Positions 23,997 to 32,506 of a stretch of DNA of 64,000 bases are shown one piece after another. Made by a program: the position numbers and the translations under genes. Under the pieces are notes generated by a model that was not told where the DNA came from, ran no database searches, and worked only from the letters and a program-made list of their open reading frames with translations. Position 1 is the stretch's first letter, and the number at the start of each line of letters is the position of its first letter. Source of the stretch: Escherichia coli (GTDB taxonomy: Bacteria; Pseudomonadota; Gammaproteobacteria; Enterobacterales; Enterobacteriaceae); NCBI RefSeq assembly GCF_003790525.1, contig NZ_CP033635.1; one strand, 5' to 3'.

Positions 23997-24776
23997 TTAT
24001 TTCTTCTTCAATTGCGTCACCACCAACTGGTGGCGCGAATTATAAAATTTACGATAGGTTAAATAGCAGGCAATAATGGTCGACAGGCTGGCAGTTGAGA
24101 GCAGCATAAAGGTCACCATAATCTGATATTTAATCGCCTTCACCGGATCAATCCCGGCAAATATCAGCCCGGACATCATTCCTGGTAAACTCACTAAGCC
24201 AACCGTTTTTGCTGAATCGACCGTCGGAATTAAAGCCGCGCGAATACTGTCGCGAATCAATATCGCTGAAGCCTGTTTCGGCGTCGCGCCAAGACTCAGT
24301 TTCTCCTGAATCTGTTGCTGTTCGCTAATCACGCGTTGCCCTAAATTGTTGTAACACAACCCCACCGCTACCATGGCGTTACCGGCTATCATCCCGGCGA
24401 TAGGGATCACCTGCATCGGGATAAATTCAATCGACCCTGAGAGAATCAGCACCGCCAGGGTAATTCCCGCCCCGACCGTAATGGCAATAAACGATGAGAT
24501 AAAAGCTTTAGCAATATATTTACTGCGTTTTTGCGCATTCCACGCCGCATTAAAGCAGATAAATAACACCATCAATAATGTCAGGCTGGCATCATCCACG
24601 CTGAAAATATACTTCAGCACATAGCCGACAATAATCAGCTGAATTATCGCGCGCCCGACGCTCCAGAGAATATCTTTCTCCAGCGCCAGTTTTTCTTTAT
24701 GGCTAATTAAGATTGCCACCACCACCAGCATTAATGCCAGTGCCAATGATTCGTTAGTAATATTATGCGAGTTCAT
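23997..24776 (-). CDS. fetB: Iron export ABC transporter permease
   Basis: ORF track 23997..24803; start placed at MNSHNITNESL to match the ~259 aa YbbM/FetB. Confidence 0.85.
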   Translation of the reverse strand: MNSHNITNESLALALMLVVVAILISHKEKLALEKDILWSVGRAIIQLIIVGYVLKYIFSVDDASLTLLMVLFICFNAAWNAQKRSKYIAKAFISSFIAITVGAGITLAVLILSGSIEFIPMQVIPIAGMIAGNAMVAVGLCYNNLGQRVISEQQQIQEKLSLGATPKQASAILIRDSIRAALIPTVDSAKTVGLVSLPGMMSGLIFAGIDPVKAIKYQIMVTFMLLSTASLSTIIACYLTYRKFYNSRHQLVVTQLKKK

Positions 24777-25443
24777 AGCGTGCTTCCTGCATTTCTCCGG
24801 CATGCGGTTGCAGTGTAATCACCTTATCCGCATGATTAATTTCGTCTTTATCGTGTGTCACCCACAGCACGGCAATATTTTGCTCGTGCACATAACGATG
24901 GATCATCTCATTAACGTTATGTTTATTACTTTCATCCAGCGCACTGGTGATTTCATCCAGCAATAAAACCTTCGGCATAAATTGAAGATTACGAATCAAT
25001 GAGATGCGTTGTTTTTCACCACCAGATAGCTCGGCGATATTTTTCGTCAAAATGGTGTCCGGCAAAGCGAAGCGTTCGAGAAAATCGAGAAAAATGGCTG
25101 GTTCAGGCTGCTGGTTACGGATCTGCCAGGGAAAGATCAGATTATCGTATACCGTATCGCCAAACAGCGTCGGCGTCTGGGCGCAGTAAGACACTTGCTG
25201 GCGGTAGATTTCTGGCTTTAGTGTGCTGACATCCTCACCTTCAAACAGTAACGTTCCGCTGGTTGGGCTGATCAATGAAGCAACTATTTTTAGCAGCGTA
25301 CTTTTGCCACAACCAGAAGGACCGGTAATTAACTTAAATTCGCCAGCACGCAGCGAAAAATTGATGTTATTAAGAATCTTCGCATCACTCGCCAGATATC
25401 CTACGTTTTGTAGCTGAAGCAAAGGACTATTTTCCTGCATCAC
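24763..25443 (-). CDS. fetA: Iron export ABC transporter ATP-binding protein
   Basis: ORF track, 226 aa; Walker A GPSGCGKST; overlaps fetB start. Confidence 0.88.
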   Translation of the reverse strand: MMQENSPLLQLQNVGYLASDAKILNNINFSLRAGEFKLITGPSGCGKSTLLKIVASLISPTSGTLLFEGEDVSTLKPEIYRQQVSYCAQTPTLFGDTVYDNLIFPWQIRNQQPEPAIFLDFLERFALPDTILTKNIAELSGGEKQRISLIRNLQFMPKVLLLDEITSALDESNKHNVNEMIHRYVHEQNIAVLWVTHDKDEINHADKVITLQPHAGEMQEARYELA

Positions 25444-25585
25444 TGTTCCCTTTTTCTGATTTTTACTAAAAACAGTTTATCCTTCGCAGGAATAAGGGGG
25501 AACTCTCTTTCAGTAATCAGGTATAATTTGTTTAATCAAGCAGCAATTTTGCTGATTATGGACGGTACAACAGGAGGTTTTTCCG

Positions 25586-26503
25586 ATGCTTATCTTTATC
25601 CCTATTCTCATTTTTGTCGCGCTGGTCATTGTCGGCGCGGGCGTCAAAATCGTGCCGCAGGGCTATCAATGGACGGTAGAGCGTTTTGGTCGCTATACCA
25701 AAACGTTACAGCCAGGTCTAAGCCTAGTGGTGCCCTTTATGGATCGCATTGGTCGCAAGATCAATATGATGGAGCAAGTGCTCGACATCCCTTCCCAGGA
25801 AGTTATCTCGAAAGATAACGCCAACGTTACCATCGACGCCGTGTGCTTTATTCAGGTGATTGATGCCCCGCGCGCCGCTTATGAAGTCAGCAATCTGGAG
25901 CTGGCGATCATCAACCTGACCATGACTAACATCCGTACCGTGCTGGGTTCAATGGAACTTGATGAAATGCTCTCTCAGCGCGACAGCATCAACTCACGCC
26001 TGCTGCGTATTGTCGATGAGGCCACCAACCCGTGGGGGATTAAAGTCACCCGTATTGAAATTCGCGACGTGCGCCCACCGGCAGAGCTTATCTCTTCAAT
26101 GAACGCGCAGATGAAAGCGGAACGTACCAAACGCGCTTACATCCTTGAAGCGGAAGGGATCCGTCAGGCGGAAATCCTCAAAGCCGAAGGTGAAAAACAG
26201 TCGCAAATCCTGAAAGCGGAAGGTGAACGTCAGTCGGCATTCTTACAGGCCGAAGCGCGTGAACGTTCTGCCGAAGCGGAAGCCCGCGCCACCAAAATGG
26301 TGTCTGAAGCCATTGCCTCCGGCGATATTCAGGCGGTGAACTACTTCGTCGCACAGAAATACACCGAAGCGTTACAGCAGATCGGTTCCTCCAGTAACAG
26401 CAAAGTAGTGATGATGCCATTAGAGGCCAGCAGCCTGATGGGGTCGATTGCCGGGATTGCCGAGCTGGTGAAAGACAGCGCCAACAAACGGACTCAGCCA
26501 TGA
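25586..26503 (+). CDS. qmcA: SPFH/band-7 (stomatin-like) membrane protease modulator
   Basis: ORF track, 305 aa; recognised YbbK/QmcA. Confidence 0.88.
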   Translation: MLIFIPILIFVALVIVGAGVKIVPQGYQWTVERFGRYTKTLQPGLSLVVPFMDRIGRKINMMEQVLDIPSQEVISKDNANVTIDAVCFIQVIDAPRAAYEVSNLELAIINLTMTNIRTVLGSMELDEMLSQRDSINSRLLRIVDEATNPWGIKVTRIEIRDVRPPAELISSMNAQMKAERTKRAYILEAEGIRQAEILKAEGEKQSQILKAEGERQSAFLQAEARERSAEAEARATKMVSEAIASGDIQAVNYFVAQKYTEALQQIGSSSNSKVVMMPLEASSLMGSIAGIAELVKDSANKRTQP

Positions 26504-26958
26504 TGGAGTTAATGGTCGTTCATCCACATATTTTCTGGCTCAGTCTCGGCGGGTTGCTGCTGGCAGCCGAGATGCTGGGCGGAAATGGTTATTTGTTGTG
26601 GAGCGGCGTGGCAGCGGTGATTACCGGCCTGGTGGTCTGGCTGGTGCCGCTGGGTTGGGAGTGGCAAGGGGTGATGTTTGCCATCCTGACGCTGCTCGCC
26701 GCCTGGCTGTGGTGGAAATGGTTGTCGCGGCGGGTGCGCGAACAAAAGCACAGCGACAGTCATTTAAACCAGCGCGGGCAGCAGCTGATTGGCCGACGTT
26801 TTGTGCTGGAATCTCCGCTGGTCAACGGGCGCGGTCATATGCGCGTCGGCGACAGTTCATGGCCTGTCAGCGCCAGCGAGGATCTCGGTGCAGGTACGCA
26901 TGTTGAAGTCATTGCGATAGAAGGGATAACGCTGATCATCCGTGCGGTCATCGCCTGA
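26500..26958 (+). CDS. ybbJ: NfeD-like membrane protein, partner of QmcA
   Basis: ORF track, 152 aa; 4-nt overlap with qmcA. Confidence 0.85.
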   Translation: MMELMVVHPHIFWLSLGGLLLAAEMLGGNGYLLWSGVAAVITGLVVWLVPLGWEWQGVMFAILTLLAAWLWWKWLSRRVREQKHSDSHLNQRGQQLIGRRFVLESPLVNGRGHMRVGDSSWPVSASEDLGAGTHVEVIAIEGITLIIRAVIA

Positions 26959-27045
26959 TGCGACGCTGACGCGTCTTATCATGCCTACAAAATATGCCCG
27001 AATCGTAGGCCAGATAAGGCGCTTGCGCCGCATCCGGCATATAGC
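26954..27045. repeat. REP/BIME element at the left edge of the accessory insert
   Basis: GCCTGATGCGACGCTGACGCGTCTTATCATGCCTAC ... GTAGGCCAGATAAGGCGC...CGCATCCGGC motifs. Confidence 0.8.
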
Positions 27046-27060
27046 CGAGTAGAGGCAAAA

Positions 27061-27423
27061 TTACTCTTCCCGGCCTTTACCCATACTTTTTTGGTCTTCA
27101 TCCGGATAGTGTTTTTTTAGATATTCCAGGACGTTTTTATTGACCTTGTGTTGGGTATACACCCACCCTTTCCAGTAATCAGGTTGGTCCAGGTAAACTT
27201 CTGGCGGAATGGTGAAATCAGAAAGCGTTAACCATTCGGCTAACAGATCGGGGTTTCGTTTCTGGATCAACTGCAACAGCATGATCAGCGACATGGCAGA
27301 GGCAGGAGCCGTACTATCGCCGCTTAAATACTTCCACACTGTCGACCGGTTCGAACGAAAAAGGATCGGTAGCAATGCCCGGTCCAGATTCATTTCATTA
27401 AAAATCTTCTCAAATTCATTCAT
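27061..27423 (-). CDS. Hypothetical protein, 120 aa, no signal peptide; function unknown
   Basis: ORF track; not recognised; divergent from the adhesin gene across an AT-rich intergenic region; not present at this position in my recollection of K-12. Confidence 0.5.
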   Translation of the reverse strand: MNEFEKIFNEMNLDRALLPILFRSNRSTVWKYLSGDSTAPASAMSLIMLLQLIQKRNPDLLAEWLTLSDFTIPPEVYLDQPDYWKGWVYTQHKVNKNVLEYLKKHYPDEDQKSMGKGREE

Positions 27424-27788
27424 TTAAATTTCCTGCCTGGCGTAAACCTCTTAAAAATTGAGATTTATCAAAGAAACGCATTTTAGCACACATCAGGAAC
27501 CGCTTCACGTTTAGTCCAGAAACAGAATTTATTTCGCTTATCAAAACAAGTCTTTACTCTTTTTTACATTGAAAGAGCACGAAATAATTTCCTTTTTTAT
27601 TTATATAAGAAACTATTTTTGTTCCTTATTGGTGGTGTTTACGCTTACACAAGACAAAAATGCGCTTTACATCACACAAATGGCGGCGTAGATTTCGATC
27701 AAATTGCAACGCAGTTTATTTCTTAAAACAATATTATTTGTTTCTTATAGAAACATTAATGCGACTTATTTTGAACAAGAGAAAATGA

Positions 27789-28805
27789 ATGAAAACTGTA
27801 AACGTAGCTTTACTGGCACTCATAATTTCAGCAATATCCAGCCCTGTTGTTTTAGCTGGTGATACCATTGAAGCGGCGGCAACAGAGCTTTCAGCCATTA
27901 ACTCTGGCATGTCGCAATCGGAGATTGAGCAGAAGATTACCCGCTTTTTAGAACGCACAGACAACAGCCCCGCTGCGTATACCTATTTGACTGAACATCA
28001 CTACATCCCTTCTGAAACACCTGATACCACTCAGACTCCCACTGTCCAGACAGATCCTGACGCAGGACAAAAAACCGTTGCCGCTACAGGTGATGTACAG
28101 ACAACCGCCCGTTATCAGAGCATGATCAACGCCCGACAGTCTGCGGTAACTGATGCCCAGCAAACGCAAATTACAGAGCAACAGGCGCAGATCGTAGCCA
28201 CACAAAAAACGCTCGCCGCGACTGGAGATACGCAAAATACCGCGCATTATCAGGAGATGATTAATGCCAGACTGGCGGCTCAAAATGAGGCTAATCAGCG
28301 CACTACCACGGAACAAGGGCAGAAAATGAATGCACTGACAACCGATGTGGCAGCACAACAGCAAAAAGAAAGGGCTCAATACGATAAACAAATGCAAAGT
28401 CTGGCGCAGAAGTCTGTCCAGGCACATGAGCAAATTGAAAGTCTGAGACAAGATTCCGCACAAACGCAGCAACAGTTAACCAACACGCAAAAACGGGTCG
28501 CAGATAACAGCCAACAAATTAACACGCTCAATAACCATTTCGATTCTCTGAAAAACGAAGTTGAGGACAATCGTAAAGAAGCCAATGCGGGAACTGCATC
28601 TGCCATTGCTATCGCCTCACAACCACAGGTGAAAACCGGTGACGTGATGATGGTGTCAGCGGGAGCGGGAACGTTCAACGGTGAATCTGCGGTGTCTGTA
28701 GGAACATCTTTTAATGCCGGAACGCATACGGTACTTAAAGCAGGTATTTCTGCGGATACACAATCTGATTTCGGTGCGGGTGTCGGCGTGGGATATTCGT
28801 TCTAA
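27789..28805 (+). CDS. Miniature trimeric autotransporter adhesin-like protein: signal peptide, Gln-rich coiled-coil stalk, YadA-type C-terminal beta-barrel anchor
   Basis: ORF track, 338 aa; N-terminal signal-like MKTVNVALLALIISAISSPVVLAG; stalk-anchor junction KEANAGTASAIAIASQPQ; anchor GDVMMVSAGAGTFNGESAVSVGTSF...VLKAGIS...GAGVGVGYSF with terminal aromatic; purine-rich RBS-like AAGAGA upstream. Confidence 0.8.
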   Translation: MKTVNVALLALIISAISSPVVLAGDTIEAAATELSAINSGMSQSEIEQKITRFLERTDNSPAAYTYLTEHHYIPSETPDTTQTPTVQTDPDAGQKTVAATGDVQTTARYQSMINARQSAVTDAQQTQITEQQAQIVATQKTLAATGDTQNTAHYQEMINARLAAQNEANQRTTTEQGQKMNALTTDVAAQQQKERAQYDKQMQSLAQKSVQAHEQIESLRQDSAQTQQQLTNTQKRVADNSQQINTLNNHFDSLKNEVEDNRKEANAGTASAIAIASQPQVKTGDVMMVSAGAGTFNGESAVSVGTSFNAGTHTVLKAGISADTQSDFGAGVGVGYSF

Positions 28806-28858
28806 TTTTAACAGCAATTTCTTATTCGCAATTTTCCGCACATTATTTAAGGTTAACA

Positions 28859-29281
28859 ATGATGAATAGCTCCATTAAATCGTTTTCCCTGCTGGCGGTT
28901 ATATTACTGGCTGGCTGTAGTTCACCCACTTCCCGCATCGCAGATTGCCAGGCGCAGGGCGTCAGCCATGACACCTGTTATCTCGCAGAACAGCAGCGTC
29001 AGACGGCTATTTTAAGTGCATCCGAGGCGCAGGCATTTAAAAATGCAGAAGCCGCACAACATGCCCAGGCGGCAAAGAAAGCCATTTATAAAGGATTTGG
29101 CATGACCTTTAGAATGAGCAGTAAGAACTTTGCTTATCTCAATGATTCATTATGTGCAATTGATGAAGACAATAAAGATGCCACTGTTTATCAGTCAGGT
29201 CTTTATAACGTCATTGTTTATCACCACACGGGAAAAGTCGCCTTAATGAAGGAAGGTCAGTTTGTGGGTTATTTAAAATGA
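28859..29281 (+). CDS. Putative lipoprotein, 140 aa
   Basis: ORF track; signal peptide with lipobox LLAGC (Cys20); immediately downstream of the adhesin gene. Confidence 0.6.
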   Translation: MMNSSIKSFSLLAVILLAGCSSPTSRIADCQAQGVSHDTCYLAEQQRQTAILSASEAQAFKNAEAAQHAQAAKKAIYKGFGMTFRMSSKNFAYLNDSLCAIDEDNKDATVYQSGLYNVIVYHHTGKVALMKEGQFVGYLK

Positions 29282-29481
29282 AGGAGCAAAGGAAAATCCC
29301 CCTGACGCATATTATGATTATCGGTGCGTTTATTTTTGCCTTCTTGCAAGTGGTGTTATTAGCCTCCCTGGTTCACGCTGTGAATGTTAACAACGAAATC
29401 CAGGAAGGCTTATTTCAGTCGGGGCGCATTATGGTAGAAAGTTTGCAGCATATTCTTTCGGTGCAAACGGGGATTAACTGA
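29278..29481 (+). CDS. Putative small single-pass membrane protein, 67 aa
   Basis: ORF track; start overlaps the lipoprotein stop (ATGA); one hydrophobic helix IMIIGAFIFAFLQVVLLASLV. Confidence 0.4.
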   Translation: MKEQRKIPLTHIMIIGAFIFAFLQVVLLASLVHAVNVNNEIQEGLFQSGRIMVESLQHILSVQTGIN

Positions 29482-29484
29482 TTT

Positions 29485-29892
29485 TCACCCCGCCCGATGA
29501 TGACAGCAGCCGGAGAGATTTTCGATAATCGGGCAGTCGGCGCTGTCATCACCGGGGCAGGCATTCGCCAGCGCCAGTAGCTGGTTGCGCATGGATTGCA
29601 GTTCTTCGATATGCCGTTCGATCTCCGCTACCTTCTCCAACGTACGACGTTTGACGTCGGCACTGTGACGCTGCGGATCGTTAAACAGATTCACCAGCTC
29701 GCCGCTCTCTTCCAGGTTAAAGCCCACCTGGCGTGCCTGCCGCAGTAAGGTCAGTTCGTTGAGATGCTGCTGCGTGTAGGTTCGATAACCATTTTCGCTG
29801 CGCATCGGCGGCGTCACCAGCCCCTTCTCTTCATAGAAGCGGATTGCTTTGCTGGTCAGGCCGGTAATTTTTGCTACATCGCTAATGTTCAT
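29485..29892 (-). CDS. cueR: MerR-family copper-responsive regulator
   Basis: ORF track, 135 aa; C-terminal metal-binding CCHH; recognised CueR. Confidence 0.92.
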   Translation of the reverse strand: MNISDVAKITGLTSKAIRFYEEKGLVTPPMRSENGYRTYTQQHLNELTLLRQARQVGFNLEESGELVNLFNDPQRHSADVKRRTLEKVAEIERHIEELQSMRNQLLALANACPGDDSADCPIIENLSGCCHHRAG

Positions 29893-30016
29893 CGTTCGCG
29901 CAACGCCTCCTGTGCTTTGTTAAAGGGTTTCAACAAATATTCAAGCACGTTTTTTTGCCAGTGCGAATATCGACCGCCACCACAATAATACAGGAAGTAC
30001 TGCGCACAGAGAGGTG

Positions 30017-31309
30017 TTATACGGTTTTATTGCGCTTCATGACCATTGCCACAATAAGGCTGAGTAAGATTGCGCCAATAATCCATATCAACGCACGGCT
30101 GCCCTGGGACCACAGGCTGTAGATAAAGCCAACGATCACCAACAACATCACCGACGTACCAACGATAAGAATCGGCAACGAGGCGTGAATATCATGACGC
30201 AGGCGGATCGCCACCACAAACACCGCCAGATAGCAGATCAAAAAGGTGGCGCTGGCAACGCTGGCGAGTGAGCCTAAATTCAGCGCCGCCGTCATCAGCA
30301 TAATCAGCACCACGACAATGATGTTGCCCCAGGTACTCTGCCGCCACAGGGATTTATTCATTAGCTTCGGCAGTTCGCGTTCGCTGCCCATGTTGTCCAT
30401 GATGTTAAACACGGCGAACAGGTTCGCGTTGATGGCTGAAGCCGTCGCCAGTAAAGCGCCGATGACGACGATCACATAACCCACATGCCCGAGCAGCGGA
30501 GAAGCAGCCTGCGCTACGGCGGTATCGGCATATTTTTCTAACTCTAATGCCGATACATCGCTAAGCAAAACCAGCGCCAGCGAGATATAAAGCAACGTGG
30601 TAACGCCAATCGCCACCAGAAACGCCCGTGGCATAATGATCTGCGGATCTTTCACTTTATCCGCCGCGTTCGCCATCATGCCAAAGCCCGCATAGGCAAG
30701 GAAGGTTATCCCAATACAGGAGAAGAACGCACCGGAGCTGGGGGGCGCAGAGACGGAAATATGTGCCGGTTGCAGCGACCAGACACCTGCAATGATCAGC
30801 AATAACAGGATCATCATTTTAATGCCGACGAGGATCACTTCCAGCCGCCCTACCGCATGGTTGCTTAAGGAGTTGAAAAGCGTCATCACCGCAATGATCC
30901 CCAACGCGTAGAGCAATATAAGGTGCTCCTCCTGACTGCCTTCATGCAAAAACTGCACGGCATAAGCGCCAAAAGCACGGGCGACCATGGCGATGCTCAC
31001 CGCCAGCGTCAACAGGTACAATAACGAGAGTGCCAGCGAAAAGACGCCGTTGCCTAATCCGCGACGAAAGAAGTCGATAATACCGCCATTGCTGGGATAG
31101 CTCGCCCCCAGGCGCGCATAGGCATAACCGGAAAACATCGCCACAATACCGCCAAAAGCAAAGGCGACCCAGGTCGAGGCTTCCATTAGCAACGCAGCCT
31201 GCCCCAGCAGCGCGAAGATCCCCGCCCCCACCATTGCCCCAATGCCGATGGAAACGACGTTCCATAGACCGAGGGGTTTGTTACCGTTATTACCTTCCGT
31301 GTTCATCAT
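30017..31309 (-). CDS. ybaT: Amino-acid permease (APC family)
   Basis: ORF track, 430 aa; recognised YbaT. Confidence 0.88.
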   Translation of the reverse strand: MMNTEGNNGNKPLGLWNVVSIGIGAMVGAGIFALLGQAALLMEASTWVAFAFGGIVAMFSGYAYARLGASYPSNGGIIDFFRRGLGNGVFSLALSLLYLLTLAVSIAMVARAFGAYAVQFLHEGSQEEHLILLYALGIIAVMTLFNSLSNHAVGRLEVILVGIKMMILLLLIIAGVWSLQPAHISVSAPPSSGAFFSCIGITFLAYAGFGMMANAADKVKDPQIIMPRAFLVAIGVTTLLYISLALVLLSDVSALELEKYADTAVAQAASPLLGHVGYVIVVIGALLATASAINANLFAVFNIMDNMGSERELPKLMNKSLWRQSTWGNIIVVVLIMLMTAALNLGSLASVASATFLICYLAVFVVAIRLRHDIHASLPILIVGTSVMLLVIVGFIYSLWSQGSRALIWIIGAILLSLIVAMVMKRNKTV

Positions 31310-31311
31310 GA

Positions 31312-32244
31312 TCAGCCCTTAAACACGTTATAGCCGAGTTGCTTAGCGACCGATGCCACCATTTTTTGACCGCGAACACTGTTGCCTTCTTCGTCCAGCG
31401 GTGGTGAGAACGCGGCAATTCCCATCACGCCAGGGACGACCGCCAGAATACCGCCACCTACACCGCTTTTGCCCGGTAAACCAACGCGATACGCCCAGTC
31501 ACCGGAGCGACCATACAGCCCTTCCATCATCATTTCGGCCAGAATGTACGGCACGTTGTCGGCCTGAAGAACGCGTTTATGCGTCAGCGGATTCACTCCC
31601 CCCGCCGCCAGCGTCGCGCCAAGCGTTGCCAGTTCAACAGTATTGATGAGCGTGGAGCACTGACGGGTGTACACGTCACAGGCTTCCATTGCATCACAAT
31701 AGAGATATCCGGCGGAGTACAGCAGCCAGGCAATGGCCCGGTTATGGAAGTTGGTTGTTTGTTCCGACTGGTTGACTTCATCAGAGAGCGCTACCTGCTC
31801 ACCAGCCAGTTGTTGTTGGATATGTAAAATTCGCTGCCAGCGTTGTTCGGCATTTTCAGCGTTAATCAGGCTGGTGGTGGCAATAGCGCCAGCATTTACC
31901 AGTGGCGACAGCGGTTTGCCGCCATGCAACTCTAAGGCGATAACTGAATTAAAGGGCAATCCGGTCGGGTCAGCGCCAATTTTGTCCTGTACCGCCTGCG
32001 GGCCGACATCTTCTAACGCAAGGGCTAACGTACAGACTTTCGAGATGGATTCCAGCGCAAAGCGGTAATCACAGTCACCCGCACTATAGACGTTGCCATC
32101 GCTGGTCACGATAGCCACTGCCGCCAGTTGACCAGGTACATTCGCCAGAAAGGGAATGTAATCGGCATTTTGTCCGCCGTTAAGTGAGTGAAATTGGGTG
32201 TAAGCCTGATCCACTGCCTGCTGTAATTTGTTTGCATCTAACAT
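31312..32244 (-). CDS. glsA: Glutaminase 1
   Basis: ORF track, 310 aa; recognised YbaS/GlsA. Confidence 0.9.
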   Translation of the reverse strand: MLDANKLQQAVDQAYTQFHSLNGGQNADYIPFLANVPGQLAAVAIVTSDGNVYSAGDCDYRFALESISKVCTLALALEDVGPQAVQDKIGADPTGLPFNSVIALELHGGKPLSPLVNAGAIATTSLINAENAEQRWQRILHIQQQLAGEQVALSDEVNQSEQTTNFHNRAIAWLLYSAGYLYCDAMEACDVYTRQCSTLINTVELATLGATLAAGGVNPLTHKRVLQADNVPYILAEMMMEGLYGRSGDWAYRVGLPGKSGVGGGILAVVPGVMGIAAFSPPLDEEGNSVRGQKMVASVAKQLGYNVFKG

Positions 32245-32435
32245 CTTTTGTTAACTCCTTTTTATAGATGCGGGAGGTAATTCCTCACCCCGGTGCCGAT
32301 TTTCAGGCATCCTGATTTAACTTAGCACCCGCAACTTAACTACAGGAAAACAAAGAGATAAATGTCTAATCCTGATGCAAATCGAGCCGATTTTTTAATC
32401 TTTACGGACTTTTACCCGCCTGGTTTATTAATTTC

Positions 32436-32466
32436 TTGACCTTCCCCTTGCTGGAAGGTTTAACCT
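32436..32466 (+). promoter_or_regulatory. copA promoter with CueR operator dyad in an extended spacer
   Basis: -35 TTGACC, dyad ACCTTCC-N7-GGAAGGT, -10-like TAACCT; the 19-bp spacer is typical of MerR-family activated promoters. Confidence 0.75.
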
Positions 32467-32506
32467 TTATCACAGCCAGTCAAAACTGTCTTAAAAGGAG
32501 TGTTTT

